Part shown: in pieces, positions 36,376 to 44,293 of the stretch
Position numbering within the stretch: position 1 is the first letter of the stretch
How the letters are laid out: each line of letters starts with the position of its first letter
Assembly: GCA_045615065.1 (NCBI GenBank)
Contig: JAZLEB010000043.1
Location: forward strand, 1 to 56,918
From: Candidatus Pelethomonas sp.
Lineage (GTDB): Bacteria; Bacillota; Clostridia; Oscillospirales; Oscillospiraceae
Direction of reading: 5' to 3'
DNA length: 56,918 nucleotides
The notes under the pieces: generated by a model
What the model saw: the letters and a program-made list of their open reading frames with translations, nothing else
The model's database searches: none
Told to the model about the DNA's origin: nothing
Translations under genes and position numbers: made by a program

Positions 36376-36624
36376 ATGAAGCAATTACACAAGTTTCTCA
36401 AGATATTCATTTTTTTGCAATTAGGCTCTTGTTGTGGTCGTGTGCTTCAAAGGTATCTTGATTTCGTAAATCATCCCGAAATATATGCCTATTACTCTGC
36501 TCCTTGGTATACAGGAATTACCATCACAGTTATTCTTACGGCAATAACTGTTTTGATTACAACGATTGCCTATTTTGTGGTTGGACACTTAATCAAGAAG
36601 AGAGAGCAAAATAAGACAGAATAA
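36376..36624 (+). CDS. 82-aa two-transmembrane-segment membrane protein
   Basis: MKQLHKFLKIFIFLQLGSCC...TGITITVILTAITVLITTIAYFVVGHLI. The TTG-extended form in the ORF track (MTKECEIM...) merely reads through the conserved motif. Confidence 0.55.
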   Translation: MKQLHKFLKIFIFLQLGSCCGRVLQRYLDFVNHPEIYAYYSAPWYTGITITVILTAITVLITTIAYFVVGHLIKKREQNKTE

Positions 36625-36656
36625 CCAATTCCAATTTGACAAAGGAGTGTGATTGT
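36625..36656 (+). repeat. Junction motif copy B (CCAATTCCAATTTGACAAAGGAGTGTGATTGT)
   Basis: It starts 1 nt after the preceding TAA and ends at ATG 36657. Confidence 0.8.
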
Positions 36657-36956
36657 ATGAAAAGATTGATGGCTGTTGCTCTTGTAATGGCTCTGCTCCT
36701 TAGTTTGGTTGCTTGTAGTGGTAAGACTATCGGCAAAATAAGTGGTGCTGAAAATGAATATATCACCATTGATGATGTGAAATATGGCTTAGACGCAGAT
36801 AACGATTTCAGTCAAGCAGACAAAGGAACTTATTTAGGGAAAGTATCAAACGCTAAAATCACGATGAAAGTCTATTCTGTCAAAGGTGATGCCGAAGCAG
36901 AATATATCTATGCTGTTTGGGATTGGGAGGGTGCTTTCTACAAGAAAGAGCAATAA
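36657..36956 (+). CDS. 99-aa lipoprotein
   Basis: MKRLMAVALVMALLLSLVAC lipobox. Confidence 0.6.
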   Translation: MKRLMAVALVMALLLSLVACSGKTIGKISGAENEYITIDDVKYGLDADNDFSQADKGTYLGKVSNAKITMKVYSVKGDAEAEYIYAVWDWEGAFYKKEQ

Positions 36957-36957
36957 A

Positions 36958-36989
36958 CAAATTCCAATTTGACAAAGGAGTGTGATTGT
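36958..36989 (+). repeat. Junction motif copy C (CAAATTCCAATTTGACAAAGGAGTGTGATTGT)
   Basis: It lies directly after the preceding TAA and ends at ATG 36990. It is identical to copy B over 30 nt. Confidence 0.8.
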
Positions 36990-37334
36990 ATGAAAAAGTT
37001 GATAGCATTAGTTTTGGCATTAGTTTGTGTGCTTGGCTTGGTTGCTTGTGGTGCAAAGGAGCAGACAACACCTAACACACCCAATGCAACGATACCTTCG
37101 ATTATGTATGAGGGCAATCTATACAAGACAACAGGCAAACAAATCCCAGCAGAGGTTGATGAAACTGCTATTGTAGGAAACATAAGTTCAGTTGTTCCGT
37201 TATCTCAGTTTCCTACTAATGACGGCGAAGCAAACTTTGGTCAAGTGGGTGACCCGTACGCACTCACAGCAGATGGCTTAGTGGTATTGCTCAATAACGA
37301 ATGGACTTTGTTTGAGCTGTTGGAAGTAGAATAA
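36990..37334 (+). CDS. 114-aa lipoprotein
   Basis: MKKLIALVLALVCVLGLVAC lipobox. The mature part is unrelated to the 99-aa lipoprotein by eye. Confidence 0.6.
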   Translation: MKKLIALVLALVCVLGLVACGAKEQTTPNTPNATIPSIMYEGNLYKTTGKQIPAEVDETAIVGNISSVVPLSQFPTNDGEANFGQVGDPYALTADGLVVLLNNEWTLFELLEVE

Positions 37335-37343
37335 TCTATTAAG

Positions 37344-37361
37344 CCAATTCCAATTGGTCGG
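37344..37361 (+). repeat. Junction motif copy D, closing variant (CCAATTCCAATTGGTCGG)
   Basis: The first 11 nt match copies A-C. It then diverges to TGGTCGG instead of TTGAC-RBS. Confidence 0.65.
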
Positions 37362-37479
37362 GCAGATACGGCGTTCGACCTGCTTTTAGAATACTTCATA
37401 ATGACTAAAACAAAGGCGATCAACTCTATGTGGTTGGTCGCTTTTGCTTTGCCCATTATTGTGAAAGGAGCTGACCCGG

Positions 37480-37797
37480 ATGACAAACGAAAAACTTGAA
37501 AAGCTGAAGCACGACAAGTATGTTGCGAAAAAGAAGTTGACCGCAGCCAAACACAGAGAGAAACAGATAGAAAGTGAGCTGAAGCGGCTGACCAGAAGCG
37601 AGCGTACGCACCGCCTTTGTACTCGTGCCGGAATGTTGGAAGCGTTCTTGCGAGAACCAACCCTGCTGACTGACGATGATGTAATGGAGCTGCTGACCTT
37701 CATATTCCAGAGTAAAGCGGTTCACGAGAAGCTGAATATGCTGATCGAGAACCGAAAAGAAACGGCGACAACGGGAGCTGATGAGCCCTTAGCGTAA
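37480..37797 (+). CDS. DUF3847-like coiled-coil protein (usually the partner of MobA/MobL relaxases)
   Basis: MTNEKLEKLKHDKYVAKKKLTAAKHREKQIESELKRLTRSERTHRLCTRAGMLEAFL... Confidence 0.65.
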   Translation: MTNEKLEKLKHDKYVAKKKLTAAKHREKQIESELKRLTRSERTHRLCTRAGMLEAFLREPTLLTDDDVMELLTFIFQSKAVHEKLNMLIENRKETATTGADEPLA

Positions 37798-37947
37798 GAT
37801 AAGGGCGCAACTATACACCGCCCAAGGCGGTGCGTTGCGTTCTGCCGAAAGCCCCTTGCAGGGAGCAGATGATTTCCGCTGATCCGCTTCAATCATCCAG
37901 GGGAATGAATTCCCCTGCGCTGGCGTTGCCAGCTACCCCTTTGTAGA

Positions 37948-37990
37948 CTCGCTACCTGAAAACGATTATAAATTGTTTTCAGGTAGCGAG
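37948..37990. repeat. Perfect 16-bp inverted repeat with an 11-nt loop (terminator or oriT-associated hairpin)
   Basis: ctcgctacctgaaaac at 37948-37963 and gttttcaggtagcgag at 37975-37990. The trailing T-run is weak (ttctc). Confidence 0.5.
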
Positions 37991-38158
37991 TTCTCAGAAT
38001 AGCTATTTCGTTTTCAACTCGGCTATGTTATACTAAAGTAAACTATAACAGTTAGATAACTTGAATTTGGCTTTGTAAAATTCTAATGTTATCGTTACCC
38101 TTCCTACAAGCAGCCAACTATTTTCCTTTAAGTTTACATTTCTGAAGGAGATTGCACC

Positions 38159-39136
38159 ATGAAGATTTCTCATATCGAAAACGAAGAACTCAGTATGCGC
38201 ATCTATCGGGCTTGTATGGACGCAGGCTTTGATGATTGTGGGATTATTTCCATCGAGGATATGGATACATATATTGCCAATACCCGAAAGCGGATCGAAG
38301 CAGTTCCCGCCAGTGCCGGTTTTTACAAGAACGCGATTTCCGGTACTGAAGAAATCAGAACCCGCTTTCCCTGGTCGAAATCCATTGTAATCTGCCTGTC
38401 CTGGATCGGCAAGTACAAATATCCCGAGGATTTGCAGGGACTGTATGCCAAAGGTTTTTTCATTTCTCGTGACAGCGATAAGAACGGTCCAGAGCATTTG
38501 CGAAAGCACAATCTGGGACGGTGGTTCGATGAAAATCAAATCGAATGGACAGGAACCATCAAGGAGAACGGCTTTGGCATTTGGGGTCTCCGTCATGCTG
38601 CGGAAATAGCGGGCATTGGCATGATCCGCCGGAATAACTTTCTGTACAATGAAGACGGTTCGTGGATAGAGCTGGATAGCTTTTTGATTGGAGAGCATTG
38701 CAGACTTTATCAGGACAAAAAGTTTCCTCCCTGCCCTGCAGGCTGTACCATTTGTCAGAAAGCTTGTCCATCAAGCGCCCTCGGTGCGCCCTACACGCTG
38801 AATCCTTTTCATTGCTTATCCTTTATCAATACATTTGGAAGAGGTATTATACCGGAAGGATTGCGGGAGGAACAGCTTGGAATGTGGATTGTGGGCTGTG
38901 ACGCGTGTCAGGATGCCTGTCCCTTCAATCGCAAGCACGATTGGTCTCAGGGAGAGGACTTCCCCGGTCTTAACGATCTTGTTGAACGAATGCAAGCGCA
39001 AAATGTACTGACTGCCAGCGATGAAGAATTGGTGCAAATCTGCCGCCGAACAGCGGATCATCTTTCTGAAAAAGATGTGGATGTACTGAGAGCAAGTGCC
39101 GGACGAGCTCTGCGCATGAAGGCAAAAGCTGATTAA
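38159..39136 (+). CDS. Epoxyqueuosine-reductase (QueG)-like / reductive-dehalogenase-related 4Fe-4S protein
   Basis: Two ferredoxin-type cluster motifs are CPAGCTICQKACP and CDACQDACP. The N-terminal part has the DUF1730-like layout. The exact function is not assignable from sequence alone. Confidence 0.6.
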   Translation: MKISHIENEELSMRIYRACMDAGFDDCGIISIEDMDTYIANTRKRIEAVPASAGFYKNAISGTEEIRTRFPWSKSIVICLSWIGKYKYPEDLQGLYAKGFFISRDSDKNGPEHLRKHNLGRWFDENQIEWTGTIKENGFGIWGLRHAAEIAGIGMIRRNNFLYNEDGSWIELDSFLIGEHCRLYQDKKFPPCPAGCTICQKACPSSALGAPYTLNPFHCLSFINTFGRGIIPEGLREEQLGMWIVGCDACQDACPFNRKHDWSQGEDFPGLNDLVERMQAQNVLTASDEELVQICRRTADHLSEKDVDVLRASAGRALRMKAKAD

Positions 39137-39166
39137 GGCGAATAACAACTCAACCATAACAGCGTG

Positions 39167-39193
39167 ACAATTCCATTTGACGGAGGTGCTATC
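39167..39193 (+). repeat. Junction motif copy E (ACAATTCCATTTGACGGAGGTGCTATC)
   Basis: A degenerate copy of the A-C motif, immediately upstream of ATG 39194. Confidence 0.6.
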
Positions 39194-39577
39194 ATGCGTA
39201 TAGAACATATAGCAATGTATGTAAACGACTTAGAAAAGGCACGGACTTTCTTTATGAAATACTTTGGTGCCACTTCGAATGAAGGATATCACAATGCAAA
39301 AACAGACTTTCGTTCTTATTTTTTGAGTTTCGACCAGGGAGCACGGTTGGAAATTATGAACAAGCCCCAGATGTCTGACACAGAAAAAGGACCGACTCGC
39401 ACAGGCTACATCCATATCGCTTTCAGCCTTGGAAACAAAGCCGCCGTTGATGAACTCACGGAAAAGCTGAGAGTTGATGGCTACGAAGTAATCAGCGGCC
39501 CAAGAACAACAGGTGATGGCTACTATGAAAGCTGCATTGTGGGAATTGAGGGAAACCAGATTGAGATAACCGTATAA
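39194..39577 (+). CDS. VOC/glyoxalase-bleomycin-resistance-family protein
   Basis: MRIEHIAMYVNDLEKARTFF...GYIHIAFSL...GPRTTGDGYYESCIVGIEGNQIEIT is a typical paired beta-alpha-beta-beta-beta module. Confidence 0.8.
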   Translation: MRIEHIAMYVNDLEKARTFFMKYFGATSNEGYHNAKTDFRSYFLSFDQGARLEIMNKPQMSDTEKGPTRTGYIHIAFSLGNKAAVDELTEKLRVDGYEVISGPRTTGDGYYESCIVGIEGNQIEITV

Positions 39578-39594
39578 CAAATGCCAATGGTCGG
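39578..39594 (+). repeat. Junction motif copy F, closing variant (CAAATGCCAATGGTCGG)
   Basis: It lies directly after the TAA of the VOC gene. It shares the CCAAT(T)GGTCGG ending with copy D. Confidence 0.55.
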
Positions 39595-39648
39595 CCTGAT
39601 TGCCCATGCGACAACTCAATAACCACAGTATTCTAAGCGGTACAGCAA

Positions 39649-39681
39649 GCAGGAAATCTGAAAAGGTTTCCTGCTTTTTTT
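39649..39681 (+). terminator. Rho-independent terminator
   Basis: gcaggaaa / tttcctgc stem with a 10-nt loop, followed by TTTTTTT at 39675-39681. Confidence 0.7.
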
Positions 39682-39714
39682 GCGCCCAAATTAGATAAGA
39701 AGGAGATGATAATT

Positions 39715-41304
39715 ATGCCCAATCCGCACTTTGATATTTCAATCACACAGCGAAGCAAGGGCAAGTCTGCTGTTGCCGGAGCAGCATATCAGAGTGGCGA
39801 TAAACTGTTTTCCGAGTACGATCAAAAATACAAAAACTACACGAGGAAGCAAGGCATCGTTTACACGGAAATCATGCTTCCTGCGAATGCACCACCCGAA
39901 TATGCCGATAGAGAAACGTTGTGGAACTCAGCCGAGGAAATTGAGAAGCAGTGGAACTCTCAGCTTGCCAGACGCTTTGTTCTTACATTCCCACGAGAGA
40001 TTCCGAGTGAGCACTATCCGCAGATGGTCAGAGACTACTGCATGGAGCATTTTGTGTCCAAGGGAATGTGTTGCGACTTCGCAATTCACGATCCCAGTCC
40101 GCCGGGACACAACCCTCATTGTCATGTGATGCTCACAATGAGGGCAATGGACGAGCATGGAAAATGGCTGCCCAAGAGCCGAAAGGTTTATGACCTTGAC
40201 GAGAACGGTGAGCGCATCAGACTTCCCTCCGGCAACTGGAAATGCCACAAGGAAAACACCGTGGACTGGAACGAGCAGTACCACGGAGAGGAGTGGAGAC
40301 ATGGCTGGGAAGTTGTTCAGAATCGCTATCTTGAAATGATCGGCAGTGCCGAGAGAGTGGATCTTCGTTCCTATGAACGGCAAGGACTGGACACAATCCC
40401 GACCGTTCATATGGGGCCTGCGGTCACGCAAATGGAGCGGCGAGGTGTAAAGACCAACATTGGAAATCTGAACCGCGACATCCGAGCTGCCAACAGAATG
40501 ATGAGAGCAATTCGGAACACGATCAGCAGTTTGCGAGATTGGATAGCTGCAATCCTCGAAGCAAGAAAAGAACTTCTTGCCGAACTGGACGCTGCAAATC
40601 AATCTCCCTCGCTCTCTGCTCTGCTCAATGATTATATGGATCTGCGCAAGGCAGAACGTAGCGAGTGGTCTGAATACGGACAGCGGAAAGGTTCTCTTGC
40701 TGACTTGCAGGCTGTGTCAAAGGCCGTCAGTTACCTCAGCGACCACGACCTTACTACGCTGGAAAACCTCGATGAAAGTCTGGAAGCTCTGAATACAAAA
40801 GTCAGTACTGTCCGTGCGGAAATGAGGAAAGCCGAGAAGAGACTGAAAACGATTGACAACATCCAACGAGCGGTTGCTACTTGCCAAACGCACAAGGTCA
40901 TCCATGACAAGTATGTAAAGATTGGCTGGAAAACAGCGCAGAACGCTTTTGCAGAGAAGCATGAATCAGAGCTGGAGGCATACAACAAGGCGTTCCGCTA
41001 TTTGAAAAAGCAAGGTGTCGATCTGTCTGTTGATTTGAAAAAGCTTCGAGCAGAAAGCGATGATCTGACACGAAACATCAAACTAAAAGAAACGGAGTTG
41101 AGAACAATTCAAAACGAACTGAAACCGATGGAAGAAATTCGTCACTGGGTCGGCAAGGTTCTCAGTGCCAACATTGACACGGTTGAAAAGAAAGCTGAGC
41201 CCAGACATTCGATCAGAGAAATGCTGGCGGATCTTCAGCCGCAATCTCGCAAATCCCACACCACGCATCAGCAACAAAAAGATTCTATCAATAAGGAGCA
41301 TTAA
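39715..41304 (+). CDS. MobA/MobL-family (MOBQ-type) relaxase
   Basis: N-terminal SAVAGAAYQSG holds the catalytic Tyr region. The histidine triad is AIHDPSPPGHNPHCHVML. It has a long coiled-coil C-terminus. Start trimmed to the ATG 9 nt after AAGGAG. Confidence 0.85.
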   Translation: MPNPHFDISITQRSKGKSAVAGAAYQSGDKLFSEYDQKYKNYTRKQGIVYTEIMLPANAPPEYADRETLWNSAEEIEKQWNSQLARRFVLTFPREIPSEHYPQMVRDYCMEHFVSKGMCCDFAIHDPSPPGHNPHCHVMLTMRAMDEHGKWLPKSRKVYDLDENGERIRLPSGNWKCHKENTVDWNEQYHGEEWRHGWEVVQNRYLEMIGSAERVDLRSYERQGLDTIPTVHMGPAVTQMERRGVKTNIGNLNRDIRAANRMMRAIRNTISSLRDWIAAILEARKELLAELDAANQSPSLSALLNDYMDLRKAERSEWSEYGQRKGSLADLQAVSKAVSYLSDHDLTTLENLDESLEALNTKVSTVRAEMRKAEKRLKTIDNIQRAVATCQTHKVIHDKYVKIGWKTAQNAFAEKHESELEAYNKAFRYLKKQGVDLSVDLKKLRAESDDLTRNIKLKETELRTIQNELKPMEEIRHWVGKVLSANIDTVEKKAEPRHSIREMLADLQPQSRKSHTTHQQQKDSINKEH

Positions 41305-41366
41305 GCACCTGCCGTTTTCTTCTGGAAAATGTCAGGTGCTTTTTTGTTTCCCGAAAGGAGCCGCAA

Positions 41367-42005
41367 ATGAGTGTATTTGATTCCCTCAAACAAAATGTGA
41401 CTGCCAGACAGGCAGCAGAACTTTATGGCATCCCCGTCAACCGCTACGGCATGGCTGTCTGTCCTTTTCACGATGACAAGAATCCAAGCATGAAAGTGGA
41501 TAGTCGCTTCCATTGCTTTGGGTGTCAGGCAGATGGCGATGCCGTTGATTTCGTCTCCCGGCTGTTCGGTTTGTCGAGCAAGGATGCTGCGATGAAGTTA
41601 GCTGCCGATGTCGGCATCAGCTATGAGAACCACCGCAAGCCGATAGCCAAGCCGCACATTCGGGAACCCACTCCCGAACAGAAGTATCAGCAGGAAGAGA
41701 TCCATTGTCATAGGGTGTTGTCCGATTATTACCACCTACTTCAAGGATGGAAAAAGGAATACGCGCCCAAGCAGGCAGATGAAGAATGGCATCCACTATT
41801 CATTGAAGCTGTGCAGCAAGAAAGCTACATTGAACATCTTCTCGATGTCCTGTTGTGCGGCTCGTTGGAGAAGCGGAAAGAACTCGTAACCGGACAGCGG
41901 AAAGAGGTGATGAAACTGGAACAGCGTGTCCGGGAATTGTCTGTCAAATCATCTGCACACCGTAGAGTCGGTAAAAGAAAAACCAGAAGCACACCAGAAC
42001 GGTAA
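41367..42005 (+). CDS. CHC2 zinc-finger (DnaG/TraC primase N-terminal-like) protein
   Basis: CPFHDDKNPSMKVDSRFHCFGCQADGDAVDF. Confidence 0.75.
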   Translation: MSVFDSLKQNVTARQAAELYGIPVNRYGMAVCPFHDDKNPSMKVDSRFHCFGCQADGDAVDFVSRLFGLSSKDAAMKLAADVGISYENHRKPIAKPHIREPTPEQKYQQEEIHCHRVLSDYYHLLQGWKKEYAPKQADEEWHPLFIEAVQQESYIEHLLDVLLCGSLEKRKELVTGQRKEVMKLEQRVRELSVKSSAHRRVGKRKTRSTPER

Positions 42006-42019
42006 GGAGGAAATATTTG

Positions 42020-42172
42020 ATGAATGCTATTTCAGCTAATGCCCCGACCACCTACAAGAAGATGATCGGGCAGACCACCTATGTAGTCAGAGTTCACTTC
42101 AGCGAGAAGAGCAAGGACACACTGGCAGATAAAATCAAGCGTCTGCTGACGGAGGAGGTGGCAAAGATGTGA
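42020..42172 (+). CDS. 50-aa TnpW-like small protein
   Basis: Below the ORF-track cutoff; read by hand. It translates as MNAISANAPTTYKKMIGQTTYVVRVHFSEKSKDTLADKIKRLLTEEVAKM with a GGTAAGGAGG RBS. It resembles the transposon-encoded TnpW family as I remember it. Confidence 0.5.
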   Translation: MNAISANAPTTYKKMIGQTTYVVRVHFSEKSKDTLADKIKRLLTEEVAKM

Positions 42173-42184
42173 TTCTTTGAAAAA

Positions 42185-42200
42185 TGATTAAAAAGTCCTT
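42185..42200. repeat. Right terminal inverted repeat of the nested element
   Basis: TGATTAAAAAGTCCTT, the partner of 32132-32148. Confidence 0.6.
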
Positions 42201-42214
42201 GACATTTCGTTTCA

Positions 42215-43036
42215 GGCAAGACAGCTAAGTCTATCCTCATTTCCTGCGGTGCGCGTCTTGCGCCCTTTGATATTCAGGAACTGCGGGAGCTGACGGCGTA
42301 TGACGAACTGGAGCTGGACACTCTTGGCGACCAAAAGACAGCCCTCTTTCTCATCATGAGCGATACGGACTCAACATTCAATTTTCTGCTCTCCATGTGC
42401 TATACCCAACTGTTCAATCTGCTGTGCGAAAAGGCAGACGATGTTTACGGTGGTCGATTGCCTGTCCATGTGCGCTGTCTGATCGACGAGGCGGCGAATA
42501 TCGGGCAGATCCCGAACCTTGAAAAGCTGGTGGCGACGATCCGCAGCCGTGAGATCTCAGCTTGTCTGATCCTACAGGCACAAAGTCAACTCAAAGCGTT
42601 GTATAAGGATAATGCTGATACGATTATCGGCAATATGGACTGCTCCATTTTCCTCGGCGGTCGTGAGCCGGGTACGCTGAAGGAACTTTCTGCGGCACTC
42701 GGCAAGGAAACTGTGGATACCTACAACACCGGTGAAAGCCGTGGTCGTGAGGTTTCCCACTCGCTCAACTACCAGAAGCTCGGTCGAGAGCTGATGTCAC
42801 AGGACGAATTGGCGGTGCTGGATGGAAGAAAGTGTATCCTCCAGCTTCGCGGCGTCAGGCCGTTCCTGTCGGACAAATATGATCTGACCAAACATCCCCT
42901 ATACCGTTACACAGCCAACTACGACAAGAGAAACGCATTGGACATTGAACGTTTCCTGTCCCATAACCTCAAGCTCCGACCGGAGGATGCTTTTGAGGTG
43001 TACTGCGCAGACCTCTCCGGTGTAGCCGTTGGCTGA
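42215..43036 (+). pseudogene. VirD4/TraG-type coupling protein, C-terminal fragment
   Basis: It is in phase with the N-terminal fragment. It reads GKTAKSILISCGARLAPFDIQELRELTAYDELELDTLGDQKTALFLIMSDTDSTFNF...VHVRCLIDEAANIGQIP (Walker B/DEA)...ISACLILQAQSQL. Confidence 0.85.
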
Positions 43037-43115
43037 TCCCAGCGGCAAATGACAATCTCAGTGATAATCGTGAAATGCGTATCTTCCAAATTTTTGTATT
43101 TTTCGGAGGTACACT

Positions 43116-43340
43116 ATGGATTTTTTCAACTCTGCTATCAATGTTCTTCAGACGCTGGTCATTGCGCTCGGTGCCGGTCTGGGTGTCTGGGGTCTTATCA
43201 ACCTTATGGAAGGTTACGGCAACGATAACCCCGGCGCAAAGAGCCAGGGCATGAAGCAGCTCATGGCTGGTGCCGGTGTTGCTGTGATCGGTGTCGTTCT
43301 CGTCCCTCTGCTGTCCGGTCTGTTCGCGGTCGGCGGCTAA
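43116..43340 (+). CDS. Maff2-family small membrane protein (possible VirB2 analogue)
   Basis: 74 aa with two transmembrane segments: MDFFNSAINVLQTLVIALGAGLGVWGLINLMEGYGNDNPGAKSQGMKQLMAGAGVAVIGVVLVPLL. Confidence 0.65.
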   Translation: MDFFNSAINVLQTLVIALGAGLGVWGLINLMEGYGNDNPGAKSQGMKQLMAGAGVAVIGVVLVPLLSGLFAVGG

Positions 43341-43409
43341 TAGCGGCTTTCTCAAATCTGCCGGGATGTCGCATGATTGCGGCATCCCGGTGAAAGGAGG
43401 GACAACCAA

Positions 43410-44279
43410 ATGGAATACTTGTGGAACAAGATTACAGAGTGGCTCAAGGAATTGCTTGTAGGTGGTATCACCAGTAATCTCTCCGGTATGTTTGAGGCGA
43501 CAAATCAGAAAGTTGCGGAGATCTCCGGCGAGGTCGGGCTGACACCGCAGGCGTGGAACGCCAGCATCTTCAACATGATCCAAAATCTGTCTGAAACCGT
43601 GATTGTTCCCATTGCCGGTGCAATACTGGCTTTCGTGATGACTCTTGAATTGATCCAGCTCATCACAGACAGAAATAATCTTCATGATGTGGATACTTGG
43701 ATGTTCTTCAAATGGGTGTTCAAATCTGCCTGCGCCGTTCTCATTGTTACAAACACATGGACTATCGTGATGGGCGTGTTCGATGCGGCGCAAAGCGTGG
43801 TTTCCCACGCATCCGGCGTCATCATTGGTGATACAAGTATTGACATATCATCCGTCATATCTGACATGGAGACGCGGCTTATGGAAATGGATATTGGCCC
43901 GTTGTTTGGTCTCTGGTTTCAGTCAATGTTTGTCGGTATCACCATGTGGGCGCTGACCATCTGCATCTTCATCGTCATCTACGGTCGTATGATTGAGATA
44001 TATCTTGTCACATCCATCGCGCCCATCCCTATGGCGACGATGCTCGGCAAGGAATGGGGCGGCATGGGGCAGAACTATCTTCGTTCTTTGTTCGCCCTCG
44101 GCTTCCAAGCCTTTCTTATCATTGTGTGCGTAGCGATCTACTCTGTACTGGTGCAGAATATCGCTGTGGGTTCGGACATCAGCGGTGCGATCTGGACTTG
44201 CATGGGATATACGGTGCTGCTGTGTTTCTGCCTGTTTAAGACAAGCAGTCTTGCAAAATCTGTATTCAACGCCCATTAA
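43410..44279 (+). CDS. VirB6/TrbL-like polytopic membrane protein (CD0415/CD1112 family)
   Basis: Start trimmed to MEYLWNKITEWLK (AAAGGAGGG RBS). Five to six transmembrane segments, in the conserved position before PrgI/VirB4. Confidence 0.7.
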   Translation: MEYLWNKITEWLKELLVGGITSNLSGMFEATNQKVAEISGEVGLTPQAWNASIFNMIQNLSETVIVPIAGAILAFVMTLELIQLITDRNNLHDVDTWMFFKWVFKSACAVLIVTNTWTIVMGVFDAAQSVVSHASGVIIGDTSIDISSVISDMETRLMEMDIGPLFGLWFQSMFVGITMWALTICIFIVIYGRMIEIYLVTSIAPIPMATMLGKEWGGMGQNYLRSLFALGFQAFLIIVCVAIYSVLVQNIAVGSDISGAIWTCMGYTVLLCFCLFKTSSLAKSVFNAH

Positions 44280-44293
44280 CGGAGGTGAATATC

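Larger units (their letters stand above)
32119..42214 (+). mobile_element. Nested ~10.1-kb integrative mobilisable element (Tn4451-like: large serine recombinase + MobA/MobL relaxase + TnpW-like protein) inserted in the T4CP gene
   Basis: The T4CP reading frame resumes in phase at GGC 42215 (GKTAKSILISCGARLAPFDIQELREL...). A GG dinucleotide sits at both junctions (32117-18 and 42215-16). Imperfect terminal inverted repeats lie 13-14 nt inside each end. The recombinase is at the left end. Confidence 0.85.

Noticed and set aside
36344-36989. A CRISPR-like array formed by the three near-identical ~30-nt repeats.
   Set aside because: Only three or four copies are present, the spacings are unequal (about 281 and 333 nt), and each 'spacer' is a complete ORF with an RBS and start codon inside the repeat. 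There are no cas genes.
38000-38158. A preQ1 riboswitch upstream of the QueG-like gene.
   Set aside because: No preQ1-I/II consensus is visible (for example an AGAGGUUC...CUA...AAAAAACUA-type core). The region is simply AT-rich, promoter-like sequence.
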